A stretch of DNA of 26,923 nt from Gemmatimonadota bacterium (GTDB lineage Bacteria > Gemmatimonadota > Gemmatimonadetes > Gemmatimonadales > Gemmatimonadaceae): positions 1 to 26,923 of the forward strand of contig JAZJZK010000054.1 of NCBI GenBank assembly GCA_040389905.1, read 5' to 3'. The position numbers and the translations under genes are program-made. This document shows positions 9,164 to 18,005 of this stretch, piece after piece. The notes under the pieces were generated by a model. It saw only the letters and a program-made list of their open reading frames with translations. It was not told where the DNA came from and made no database searches. The first letter of the stretch is position 1. Each line of letters starts with the position of its first letter.

Positions 9164-11343
9164 GAATCAAAAACGTTTGGTGCGGCCTGCACCTCACGCT
9201 GTTGCTCGTCGTTCCAGCCGTCGCCTCGGCGCAACACCCCAGCATCTTCCTCACGAAGGCGGAAGCGGCCGACATACGCGCCGCGCAGGCGAAATACCCG
9301 CTGCTGGCGAAGTCTGTTGCCGCCGCACGAGCCGTCGTGGACGACGCGATCGCGAAGCCAACCGACGTTCCGCAGCCAGGCGAAGCCGGCGGTTACGCGC
9401 ACGAGCGGCACAAGCAGAACTACCGCGAGATGCAGCTCGCGGGTGAACTGTGGCAGATCACGGGCGACGAGCGTTATCCGCGCTTCGTGCGCGACATGCT
9501 CGAGAAATACGCCGTCCTGTATCCGACACTCGGCGCGCATCCCCTCTCGAAGAATCAGGCGCCCGGCAAGCTCTTTCATCAATCGCTGAACGAAGCCAAC
9601 TGGCTCGTCGCGACGGCCATCGCGTACGACTGCGTGTACGATTGGCTCAAGCCCGCCGAGCGTGCGCGATTCGAGGCGAATGTCTTTCGGCCGATGGCGG
9701 ATTGGATGTCCGTCACCCAGGCGAAGGAGTTCGACCGTATCCACAACCACGGTACCTGGGCGACGGCGTCGGTCGGCATGATCGGCTACGTCATGCGCGA
9801 CACCTCGTACGTGAACAGGGCGCTGTACGGTACCAAGCGTGACAGGAGTGGCGGATTCCTTCGGCAGCTCGACCTCCTCTTCTCGCCGGACGGCTACTAC
9901 ATGGAGGGGCCGTACTACATCCGGTATGCGCTACTCCCCTTCTTTGCATTTGCGGAAGCCGTGCAAAGACAGCAGCCCTCACTCAAGATCTACGGTTACC
10001 GCGACAGCATACTGAAGAAGGCGCTGTACTCCGCCGTTCAGACCGCGTATCCGAACGGAGTGTTTCCGCCGATCAACGATGCGTCGCGCACAATGGCGAT
10101 CGATGCGCCGGAAGTCGTGATGTCGCTCGACCTGGCATATGATCGCTACGGCGCCAACCGCAACCTGCTTGGTGCGGCGAAGATCCAGAACGAGGTGATC
10201 CTGAATCGCGCGGGGCTTGCCGTTGCGAAAGACCTGTCCGCGCATCGCGACGCACGAATGAGCTTCGGGAGTATCGAGTTCACCGATGGCCCCAAGGGCG
10301 ATCAGGGTGGGCTCGGCATCCTTCGGACCGGACTTGGTCTGGACGCAACGATGCTGCTGATGAAGTACGGCGTGCACGGCGAAGGGCACGGGCATTTCGA
10401 CAAGCTGCAGTTCGTCCTGTTCGACGCCGGCCGAGAGGTCGTGCCGGATTACGGATTCAGCCGGTGGATCAACATCGAGCCCAAGTTCGGTGGCCGCTAC
10501 CTGCCCGAGAACGACAGCTACGCCATGCAGACGGTTGCCCACAATACCATGGTGGTCGATCAGCGCTCACAGAATAGCGGAAAAGACGGCGACGCCGACA
10601 AGGTCTCTGGCGAGCGCCATTTCTTCGATGCAGGTGACGCGAGCGTGCAGGTCATGAGTGCGCGCGACAATTCGTCGTACCCTGGCGTGCGCCAGCAACG
10701 GACCATGTTGCTCGTGCGCGATCGCCGGCTTCCCTATCCAGTCGTGGTCGATCTCTTCCGCGTGACGAGCACCGCGGAGCACACCTATGATCTTCCACTC
10801 CACTTCCGCGGTCAACTCATCGCCACGAACGCGAAGTATCAGCCGAACGTGACTCGACAGGAGGCACTCGGAAGTGCCGCAGGCTACCAGCATATCTGGA
10901 AGGACGCGTCCGCGACGTCCGATGCGCCGGTGTCGCTCACGTGGCTCGATGGATCGCGCTATCACTCCGTGCTCTGGGGCGCGGCGCCCGGAACGGAGGT
11001 GATCTTCGGCCGCACCGGAGCGGGCGATCCGAACTTCAACCTTGTCTCCGAGCCGATGATCATGCTCCGCCGACGTGCCGCGAACACGACGTTCGTGTCG
11101 GTGATCGAGGCGCATGGCTTCTTCAGCGAATCACAGGAGCGATCGGTGGAAGCCGTTGGCCGGTTGAAGTCGGTCAAGGTTCTCGCGGATGAGGCGGAAG
11201 GTTCGGTCCTCGAAGTGACCGGCGATGGCGGCGTGCGTTGGGTGGTGATGGTGTCGAATGCCTCGGCATCGCCAACCGTATCGCATCGCGTTGGGAGTTT
11301 CGAGTGGAAGGGCCCCTATTCCGTGACCGGTGTTCAACGCTAA
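9160..11343 (+). CDS. PL17 exo-oligoalginate lyase (alginate lyase domain plus heparinase II/III-like domain)
   Basis: Signal peptide. Motifs GGYAHERHKQNY, LFHQSLNEANWL, IHNHGTW, DGYYMEGPYYIRYA, HGHFDKL, DYGFSRWINIEPKFGGRYLPEN and QTVAHNT. ATGA overlap with the previous gene. Confidence 0.93.
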   Translation: MRIKNVWCGLHLTLLLVVPAVASAQHPSIFLTKAEAADIRAAQAKYPLLAKSVAAARAVVDDAIAKPTDVPQPGEAGGYAHERHKQNYREMQLAGELWQITGDERYPRFVRDMLEKYAVLYPTLGAHPLSKNQAPGKLFHQSLNEANWLVATAIAYDCVYDWLKPAERARFEANVFRPMADWMSVTQAKEFDRIHNHGTWATASVGMIGYVMRDTSYVNRALYGTKRDRSGGFLRQLDLLFSPDGYYMEGPYYIRYALLPFFAFAEAVQRQQPSLKIYGYRDSILKKALYSAVQTAYPNGVFPPINDASRTMAIDAPEVVMSLDLAYDRYGANRNLLGAAKIQNEVILNRAGLAVAKDLSAHRDARMSFGSIEFTDGPKGDQGGLGILRTGLGLDATMLLMKYGVHGEGHGHFDKLQFVLFDAGREVVPDYGFSRWINIEPKFGGRYLPENDSYAMQTVAHNTMVVDQRSQNSGKDGDADKVSGERHFFDAGDASVQVMSARDNSSYPGVRQQRTMLLVRDRRLPYPVVVDLFRVTSTAEHTYDLPLHFRGQLIATNAKYQPNVTRQEALGSAAGYQHIWKDASATSDAPVSLTWLDGSRYHSVLWGAAPGTEVIFGRTGAGDPNFNLVSEPMIMLRRRAANTTFVSVIEAHGFFSESQERSVEAVGRLKSVKVLADEAEGSVLEVTGDGGVRWVVMVSNASASPTVSHRVGSFEWKGPYSVTGVQR

Positions 11344-11365
11344 TCGGACGCAAGTGGAACTCGAC

Positions 11366-11455
11366 TGTCATCCCGAGCGAAGTCGAGGGATCTGCACTTA
11401 TCACCAGCGTACGAGGTGCAGACCCCTCGACTCGCTGCGCTCGCTCGGGGTGACA
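11366..11455. repeat. REP-like palindromic element (long hairpin)
   Basis: tgtcatcccgagcga-agtcgagggatctgcac ... gtgcagacccctcgact-cgctgcgc-tcgctcggggtgaca forms a near-perfect long stem-loop. It shares the gtcNYCCYGAGCG(A/G)AG core with the element at 7845-7972. Confidence 0.82.
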
Positions 11456-11504
11456 ATGGCTCGCTCCGTCGTGCGGGACGACAACTCAAGCCTAAGGCTA
11501 TTGA

Positions 11505-12263
11505 ATGCAAGTAGATCTCAAGAATAAAGTCGCCATCGTCACCGGCGGCGCACGCGACATCGGCCGCGCGATCACGCTCAAGCTCGCACAGAGCGGCGCA
11601 TCCGTCGTCGTGAACTACCTCAGCAGCGCGACGAAGGCGAACGAGCTCGTTGGCCAGATCTACGCCAGCGGTGGCAAGGCAATCGCCGTGAAGGCGGATG
11701 TCTCGAATGGTGCAGACGTCAAACGCATGATTGACGAAACGCGTGTCGCGTTTGGCGACTCGATCGACATCCTTGTCAACAATGCCGGCGGCCTTCTCGC
11801 GCGCAAGAAGCTCGACGAAATGGACGCGGCCTTCTGGGACCAGGTCATGGCGCTCAATGTCCGGAGCGTCTTCCTCGTCACGCAGGCCGTGGTACCGCTC
11901 ATGCCACCTGGGTCCGCGATCGTGAATCTCGCGTCGCTCGCCGCCCGCGACGGTGGCGGTGGCGGAGCCATGGCGTACTCGGCGGCGAAGGGCGCCGTGC
12001 TCACGCTCACGCGCGGGCTCTCGAAGGAGCTCGCCCCCAAGCGTATCCGTGTGAATGCCGTGTCGCCGGGCATGATCGACACAACCTTCCACGACACCTT
12101 CACCAAGCCGGAGATTCGGCAGGCGACAGCAGCGCGCACCTCCGTGGGCCGCGAAGGCACTGCCGAGGATGTGGCAAACGCAGTGCTCTTTCTCGCATCG
12201 GATGCGTCGGCGTACATCACCGGCGACTCTGTCGAGATCAACGGCGGGTTGTACTTCATCTGA
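11505..12263 (+). CDS. Short-chain dehydrogenase/reductase, likely DEH (4-deoxy-L-erythro-5-hexoseulose uronate) reductase
   Basis: Motifs TGGARDIG, NNAGG, catalytic YSAAK and RVNAVSPG. It sits directly after PL17 and before kdgF, as in alginate loci. Confidence 0.82.
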   Translation: MQVDLKNKVAIVTGGARDIGRAITLKLAQSGASVVVNYLSSATKANELVGQIYASGGKAIAVKADVSNGADVKRMIDETRVAFGDSIDILVNNAGGLLARKKLDEMDAAFWDQVMALNVRSVFLVTQAVVPLMPPGSAIVNLASLAARDGGGGGAMAYSAAKGAVLTLTRGLSKELAPKRIRVNAVSPGMIDTTFHDTFTKPEIRQATAARTSVGREGTAEDVANAVLFLASDASAYITGDSVEINGGLYFI

Positions 12264-12610
12264 TGCCGACACGCGGACCATTCGTTCTCGCCAGTGAAAT
12301 TGGCTGGGAGAAAGTAAGCGATGGCGTTCGACGCCAGGTACTCGGTCATGGGACCGATCTCATGATGGTCCGCGTCGAATTCAAGAAAGGCGCAGTTGGC
12401 GCGCTGCATCACCATCCGCACCGGCAGGCGACGTACATCGTCGCCGGCCGTTTCGAGGTCACTGTGGGCGACGAGCTCCACGAGCTCGCTCACGGCGATT
12501 GCTTCTATGCGCCGAGCGACGTGCCGCACGGCGTCCGCGCGCTGGAGGACGGCGAGTTGGTCGATGTGTTCACGCCCGTGCGCGACGACTTCCTTGCTCC
12601 GGTGAAATAA
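12263..12610 (+). CDS. kdgF: Cupin protein, KdgF-like (linearises unsaturated monouronates)
   Basis: Motifs GVRRQVLG, HHHPHRQ, PSDVPHG and DVFTPVRDDFL. TGATG coupling to the SDR gene. Confidence 0.85.
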   Translation: MPTRGPFVLASEIGWEKVSDGVRRQVLGHGTDLMMVRVEFKKGAVGALHHHPHRQATYIVAGRFEVTVGDELHELAHGDCFYAPSDVPHGVRALEDGELVDVFTPVRDDFLAPVK

Positions 12611-13881
12611 TGTCCCAGAAAGTGCGGGGCCTGCGGTGGTGGATCGTGGGGATGATCTGTCTCGTCACGATCATCAACTACATCGATCGCCAGACGCTCT
12701 CCGTGCTCGCTCCGACAATCCGCGAGCAGTTCGGGATGAGCAACGTTTCGTACTCACGCGTCGTCACGATCTTCCTGCTGGGCTACACCATTTCGCAGGC
12801 CCTCTCAGGCAAGGTGCTCGACCGCATTGGCGTGCGTCGCGGCTTCATGGTCTTCGTCGGTATCTGGACGATCGCCTCGATGCTGCACGCCACGGCACGC
12901 AACGTCTATCAGCTCGCGGTGTTTCGCTTCATCCTCGGCATCGGCGAAGCAGGCAACTGGCCCGGCGCGGCCAAGGCAGTGGCCGAGTGGTTCCCGGTGA
13001 AGGAACGCGCGTTCGGGATGTCGATCTTCAATGGTGGGTCGACGATTGGGGCCGTCGTCGCGCCGCCGGTCATCGTGTGGGTCGCGCTGCACTATGGATG
13101 GCGCTATGCGTTCTTCATCGGCGCAATTCTGTCGACTCTCCTGATGGTGCTGTGGTATTTCTTCTATCGATCACCAGCCGAGCATCCGAATTTGTCGGAC
13201 TCGGAACTCGCATACATCACGTCCGATCAGCCGTCGACGGATGTCGCTGGGGCGGTCTCGCGTCGCCCTTGGGCCTCGCTCTTCGGGTATCGGCAAGTGT
13301 GGGCCGTTGTGGCGGCTCGCTTCTTCAGTGATCCGATCTGGTGGTTCCTCATCGCGTGGCTGCCCAACTACCTGAAGACCGCGCGTGGGTTCAGCCTCGC
13401 GCTCATCGGCCTGCTGGCGTGGGTGCCATTCCTGTTTGCGGACATCGGCAACTTGACTGGCGGTGCTGTGAGCAGCCTGCTCATTCGTCGCGGATGGACC
13501 GTCGACCGGGCGCGCAAGGCGGTCCTCGGACTGAGCTCACTCATGGTCCCGCTCGGCGTAGTCGGCGTGGTCACGGCCCAGAGCGATGCGGTCGTCATCG
13601 CGTCGATCAGCATGATCGCGTTCGCGTTTCAAAGCTGGATCGTGAACATGCACACGATCCCGTCGGACTGCTTTCCGAAACAGGACGTGGGCTCAGTGTT
13701 TGGGATTGGTGGAACCGCGGCCGGCATTGCGAGCATGCTCTTCACGCTGCTCGTCGGATATGTGGTCGACCACTTCTCCTACACGCCGGTGTTCATCATG
13801 GTGGGCGTGATGGCTCCGCTCGCGGCCGTGTTGTTCTTCTCGATCATGGGGCGGATCGAACGTGTGGAGTCGGTAACCTGA
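12610..13881 (+). CDS. MFS transporter, ExuT/hexuronate (ACS) family
   Basis: Motifs RWWI...TIINYIDRQ, RFILGIGEAGNWPGAAKAVAEWFP.KERA and DPIWWF...WLP.YL, with many TM segments. ATG 12610 overlaps the kdgF TAA. Confidence 0.9.
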   Translation: MSQKVRGLRWWIVGMICLVTIINYIDRQTLSVLAPTIREQFGMSNVSYSRVVTIFLLGYTISQALSGKVLDRIGVRRGFMVFVGIWTIASMLHATARNVYQLAVFRFILGIGEAGNWPGAAKAVAEWFPVKERAFGMSIFNGGSTIGAVVAPPVIVWVALHYGWRYAFFIGAILSTLLMVLWYFFYRSPAEHPNLSDSELAYITSDQPSTDVAGAVSRRPWASLFGYRQVWAVVAARFFSDPIWWFLIAWLPNYLKTARGFSLALIGLLAWVPFLFADIGNLTGGAVSSLLIRRGWTVDRARKAVLGLSSLMVPLGVVGVVTAQSDAVVIASISMIAFAFQSWIVNMHTIPSDCFPKQDVGSVFGIGGTAAGIASMLFTLLVGYVVDHFSYTPVFIMVGVMAPLAAVLFFSIMGRIERVESVT

Positions 13882-13896
13882 TCCAGAAGCATTCGC

Positions 13897-14073
13897 GCGC
13901 CGGCACATTGAACGCGGATTGTGCGGATGGAAAAGAAGAACATCGATACAGCGTGAAATACGGAATGCGCTTTCGTCAATTACTCCTCGGCGAGATGCAT
14001 CTGTCGCACCTCACCGAAGAAATCAGTGCTTCGCAGTTGAAATCTGCTCAATCCGCGTTCCATGTGCCGGCGC
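13897..14073. repeat. Inverted-repeat element (32-bp arms) between the convergent MFS and vapC genes
   Basis: gcgccggcacattgaacgcggattgtgcggat (13897-13928) matches the reverse complement of 14042-14073 with 3 mismatches. It has the same GCGGAT/ACGGAT unit style as 1654-1740. Confidence 0.78.
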
Positions 14074-14077
14074 ACAT

Positions 14078-14473
14078 TCAGCAAAGCCGATGCACCCCAG
14101 AGACGCTGTCGAATCCCGCGTCGAAGCTCATGATCTGCTCGACTTGATATCGCTGCATGATAGCGACATGAAGCGCATCCCGTGCCGACAGTTGGGGCAA
14201 GTTCAGCATGAGCGTCTTGGTTCGCATCAGATCCGCCTGCTCGACCGGATACACATGGTCCACCACGGCGAGTAGCGCGTCGAACGCCGGCTGAATGGCG
14301 TCTCGCCGGCCGATGGACGAATAACGATGCAGGATTTCCTGGAGCACCTCCGAATCAGTGAGTAACCGTTCGCCGCGTGCGATGGCCCGCTCGAGAAGTA
14401 GGCGCGACGCATCCTTATGGGGATGCTGCGCGCCTACGAGGTACATGGGAATGTTCGAATCGACGAAGATCAC
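14078..14473 (-). CDS. vapC: VapC-family PIN-domain ribonuclease toxin
   Basis: Motifs MIFVDSNI, EVLQEIL, LSARDALHVA and SFDAGFD supply the PIN acidic residues. Overlaps the upstream small gene by 4 nt. Confidence 0.9.
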   Translation of the reverse strand: MIFVDSNIPMYLVGAQHPHKDASRLLLERAIARGERLLTDSEVLQEILHRYSSIGRRDAIQPAFDALLAVVDHVYPVEQADLMRTKTLMLNLPQLSARDALHVAIMQRYQVEQIMSFDAGFDSVSGVHRLC

Positions 14474-14727
14474 TCGGGGCCGCCGGACAAATACCCGTGT
14501 TCGATTTCTCCGAGCATTTGATCGATATCACCAACGGGATACTGGTACTGCGCGGCCTCCCGCACGGCCATCAGCTTCCGATGCTGATCGGCAGGTGGTT
14601 CGCTCTGCCGAGCACGACGCAATTCCTGTCGCACCCATTCCGCAACAGTCATCCGCTTGCGTTTAGCGGCTTCTCGAATTTGAGCCATCTCGTCGTCCTC
14701 GAAGAGAACCTGAAGTCTGACAGTCAT
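14470..14727 (-). CDS. vapB: VapB-type antitoxin (RHH/CopG-like)
   Basis: 85 aa with an N-terminal beta-strand and helices (RLQVLF..DEMAQIREAAKRKRMTVAEWVRQEL). Directly upstream of vapC. Confidence 0.82.
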   Translation of the reverse strand: MTVRLQVLFEDDEMAQIREAAKRKRMTVAEWVRQELRRARQSEPPADQHRKLMAVREAAQYQYPVGDIDQMLGEIEHGYLSGGPE

Positions 14728-14762
14728 GTCATGAGTGTAATTAACTCATGCGCATGAGTCAA
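14728..14762 (-). promoter_or_regulatory. vapBC sigma70 promoter with overlapping palindromic operator; leaderless transcript
   Basis: The minus strand reads TTGACT(14762-57)-17 nt-TACACT(14739-34)-6 nt-ATG(14727). A perfect 16-bp palindrome ACTCATGCGCATGAGT lies at 14744-14759, with a third CATGAGT half-site at 14730-36. Confidence 0.8.
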
Positions 14763-14900
14763 CTGGCCGGTACGTGCGGGAGCTGCCCTATGCTCGCGCT
14801 TGACGACAGGGGCAGCAACGCGTACATACAGTATCGATCCGCCGATGTTGTCTGCTGACTTGTTGAGCGCGGCTAACTCATTACCCCTCATAGCGTTCCA

Positions 14901-16163
14901 GTGACGCCGCTCGACGCACAAGCAACTGCGCAGGCAGGCCTGCTCTCGCCAGATTCCATTCGCGAAACCCTCGAAAAGGGGCTCGCCGGCAAGTTTGCGG
15001 GGCAGAATCTCCTCGTGCTCATTCCCGACCACACGCGCTCGCTCCCCCTGCCGTTCCTTTTCCGGGCGCTCGTGGAGGTGCTACGCGAAGCGAAACACAT
15101 CGATTTCATGGTGGCACTGGGGACGCACCCGCCGCTGCCTCCTGAGAGTCTCAACAAGCTGGTCGGGATCACCGAAGCCGAACGGGCTGCGGAGTTTGCG
15201 CACATCGGTTTGCTGAACCACGCCTGGGATGACCCGGCGTCACTCGCGTCGCTCGGGATCATGGCGCAGGACGAGATTCGCGCCCTCGCGGGCGACCACT
15301 GGCACTCGTCGCTTCCCGATCAGGTCAACATTCGCCTCAACAAGGCGGCGCTCGAGCACGATCACATACTCATTTTGGGCCCGACCTTCCCGCACGAGGT
15401 CGTGGGATTCTCAGGGGGCGCCAAGTACCTGTTCCCAGGTATTTCCGGCAGCGACATGATCGACGCGACGCATTGGCTTGGCGCGCTCGCCGGTGTGGTC
15501 GGCACGATCGGCATCAAGGAGACGCCGGTGCGCGCGATGATCCACGCCGCTGCCGAGCGACTGACGACTCCGGTTACGTTGATCGCGCTGACGGTTGAGG
15601 GTCCTGGACTTGCGGGTCTCTTCATCGGTAATCATCGCGACGCGTGGGCGGCCGCGGCCGATCTCTCTGCGCAGCGCCATGTGCATTGGTGCGACAAGCC
15701 TTTTCAACGAGCACTATCCTGCGCGCCGCCGATGTACGACGAGCTGTGGACCGGTGCCAAGGCGATGTACAAGCTCGAACCCGCGATGGCACTCGGGAGT
15801 GAAGTCGTGATCTACGCACCGCATCTCGATACGGTCAGCCATGTGCACGGCAAGTACATCTATGAAGTGGGCTATCACATCCTACCGTACTTCCTTGCCG
15901 ACTGGGAGCGCTTCAAGCACCTGCCGCTCGGCGTGCTCGCGCATAGCACGCATCTGCGAGGGTCAGGTGTGATGGAGGGCGGCGTGGAGCGTGCGAATGT
16001 GCGTGTCACGCTCGCGAGCAAGATCTCGGCGGCGGATTGTGAGATGCTGAATGTCGGCTATCTCGATCCTGATTCGATTGATGTGGAAGAATGGAAGGGT
16101 CGTGAGGATGAGGGGATTCTCTTCGTGCCAAAAGCTGGAGAGACGCTGTATCGAGTGAGATAA
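14901..16163 (+). CDS. LarA-family (lactate racemase / DUF2088) alpha-hydroxy-acid racemase/epimerase
   Basis: Motifs IPDHTRS, ALGTH, LLNHAWDD and PHEVVGFSGGAKYLFPGISG, which include the conserved His residues and the Lys of nickel-pincer enzymes. GTG start. Confidence 0.85.
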   Translation: MTPLDAQATAQAGLLSPDSIRETLEKGLAGKFAGQNLLVLIPDHTRSLPLPFLFRALVEVLREAKHIDFMVALGTHPPLPPESLNKLVGITEAERAAEFAHIGLLNHAWDDPASLASLGIMAQDEIRALAGDHWHSSLPDQVNIRLNKAALEHDHILILGPTFPHEVVGFSGGAKYLFPGISGSDMIDATHWLGALAGVVGTIGIKETPVRAMIHAAAERLTTPVTLIALTVEGPGLAGLFIGNHRDAWAAAADLSAQRHVHWCDKPFQRALSCAPPMYDELWTGAKAMYKLEPAMALGSEVVIYAPHLDTVSHVHGKYIYEVGYHILPYFLADWERFKHLPLGVLAHSTHLRGSGVMEGGVERANVRVTLASKISAADCEMLNVGYLDPDSIDVEEWKGREDEGILFVPKAGETLYRVR

Positions 16164-16172
16164 AACGGAACA

Positions 16173-16492
16173 GCCTCAACGCAAAGGTCGCAGAGAACAG
16201 CAACGCCGCAGAGAACGCAGAGGACTTCGGAACAGTACGAGAAGTAAGTGTTTGGTGCAGACTCGCCTGGTGTGCAGTCCTCCGTGACCTCTGTGTTCTC
16301 TGTGGTTAAGGGCTCTTGACGAGCAAAGGGCAACTGCGGAACAGCTTTTTACCACAGAGGACACAGAGGAACACAGAGGACTACCGAATTGCAAGATCAT
16401 TGGTCGTTGCTTTAGTGCCATTTCCAATTGTTGACGCAGTCCTCTGCGCTCTCTGCGGCTGTTGCAGTTCTCTGCGACCTCTGCGTTAAGGC
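16173..16492. repeat. Nested double inverted repeat made of (C/G)CAGAG units
   Basis: Outer arms 16173-16226 and 16438-16492 are about 54 bp and near-perfect. Inner arms are 16276-16309 and 16349-16382 (accacagaggacacagagg type). Confidence 0.82.
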
Positions 16493-16574
16493 TTTGGCAG
16501 TTGCAGTTCCGGCTTTGCAATTGCAGTTCTATGCTCTAAGGGATCGGCGCATCGTTAGACGAGAGGATACACCA

Positions 16575-18005
16575 CTGGAAAAGGCTAATTTCGGCTTCAT
16601 GGGCATCGGCGTCATGGGCCACATGCTCGCGCTCAACATGGAGCGCAATGGATTTCGCGTCGCGATGTTCGACGTGACGCCGGGAAAGGCGAAAGCCCTT
16701 GCCGACAAGCATCCGGGACTCAATCTGATTCCATGCGAGACGATGGCGTCATTTCTCGAGACGCTGGAAACGCCGCGCCGAATCATGATGATGGTGCCAG
16801 CCGGCGCCCCGACGGACGCCGCGATCAATGGCATCAAGGACTCGCTCGAAAAGGGCGACATGCTCATCGATGGCGGCAATACATACTTCATGGATACCGA
16901 TCGCCGTTCACGCGAGCTCGAGGCGCACGGCATCGTGTACATCGGTACCGGAGTCTCCGGCGGAGAGCAGGGCGCGCTGTGGGGACCGAGCATCATGCCC
17001 GGCGGGCAGCGTGAAGCGTGGGAGCTGGCGGCGCCGGTCTTCCGCGCCATCGCCGCGAAGGCCGAAGACGGTGAGCCGTGCGTCGCGTATATGGGTCCGC
17101 GCGGCGCCGGACACTACGTCAAGATGGTGCACAACGGCATCGAGTACGGCGACATGCAGCTCATCGCCGAGATCTACGACCTGTTGCACCGCGGCCTCGG
17201 CATGTCGGCAATTGAACTCGCCGACCTCTTCGACGAATGGAATGCTGCGGAGCTGAAGTCGTATCTCATCGAAATCACCGCGGAAATTCTGCGTCACACC
17301 GATCCGGAGTCCGGCGTCCCACTCGTCGACGTCATCCTGGACGAAGCCGCAAGCAAGGGTACCGGAAAGTGGACGAGCCAGAACGCGCTGGACATTGGCG
17401 CGCCGATTCCTACGATCAACGCCGCCGTCGAGAGCCGCATTCTCTCGAGTCTCAAATCGCAACGAGTCGTCGCGAGCAAGGCCATTCGTGGCCCCACCGT
17501 CGAATTCTCGGGCGATCGCGACCGGCTGATCAAGGCCGCGCGTGAAGCGCTCTATGCGAGCAAGATCACATCATATGCGCAAGGGCTTGGTTTGCTCGCC
17601 GCCGCGTCCGCCGAGTACAAGTTCGACCTCAACCTCGGTGAGATCGCGAAGATCTGGCGCGCCGGCTGCATCATTCGCGCGAGTCTCCTCGGCGACATCA
17701 TGGCGGCGTACCAACGCAATCCAGCGCTCGCCAATCTCCTGCTCGACGATGCGTTTCGTGACGCCGTTGAAAGCCGTCAGGACGGATGGCGCTTCGCGAT
17801 TCAGTCGGCGATCGGCATGGGTATTCCCGTGCTCGCCCTCAGTGCCTCGCTCGCGTATTTCGACGGTTATCGCAGCGAGCGCCTTCCGGCGAACCTCACA
17901 CAGGCGCAACGCGACTACTTCGGTGCGCACACGTATCGGCGCATCGATCGCGAAGGCACGTTTCATACTGAATGGACCCCCGACTCAAAAGAGGACAACG
18001 CGTGA
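16575..18005 (+). CDS. gndA: 6-phosphogluconate dehydrogenase (decarboxylating), long form
   Basis: Motifs GIGVMG, MVPAG, IDGGN, GVSGGEQGA..GPSIMPGG, GHYVKMVHNGIEYGDMQ, KGTGKWT, IWRAGCIIR and QAQRDYFGAHTY. The probable start is CTG 16575, 7 nt after the RBS AGAGGA. Confidence 0.93.
   Translation: MEKANFGFMGIGVMGHMLALNMERNGFRVAMFDVTPGKAKALADKHPGLNLIPCETMASFLETLETPRRIMMMVPAGAPTDAAINGIKDSLEKGDMLIDGGNTYFMDTDRRSRELEAHGIVYIGTGVSGGEQGALWGPSIMPGGQREAWELAAPVFRAIAAKAEDGEPCVAYMGPRGAGHYVKMVHNGIEYGDMQLIAEIYDLLHRGLGMSAIELADLFDEWNAAELKSYLIEITAEILRHTDPESGVPLVDVILDEAASKGTGKWTSQNALDIGAPIPTINAAVESRILSSLKSQRVVASKAIRGPTVEFSGDRDRLIKAAREALYASKITSYAQGLGLLAAASAEYKFDLNLGEIAKIWRAGCIIRASLLGDIMAAYQRNPALANLLLDDAFRDAVESRQDGWRFAIQSAIGMGIPVLALSASLAYFDGYRSERLPANLTQAQRDYFGAHTYRRIDREGTFHTEWTPDSKEDNA

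Noticed and set aside
16173..16492. Repeat cluster as CRISPR or IS ends; ORFs 16058-16333 and 16176-16520
   Set aside because: There is no repeat-spacer periodicity or transposase. The ORFs are low-complexity translations of the repeats.
16428..16574. TTG-initiated N-terminal extension of gnd resembling a signal peptide
   Set aside because: It derives from repeat DNA. Gnd is cytoplasmic, and the RBS points to 16575.
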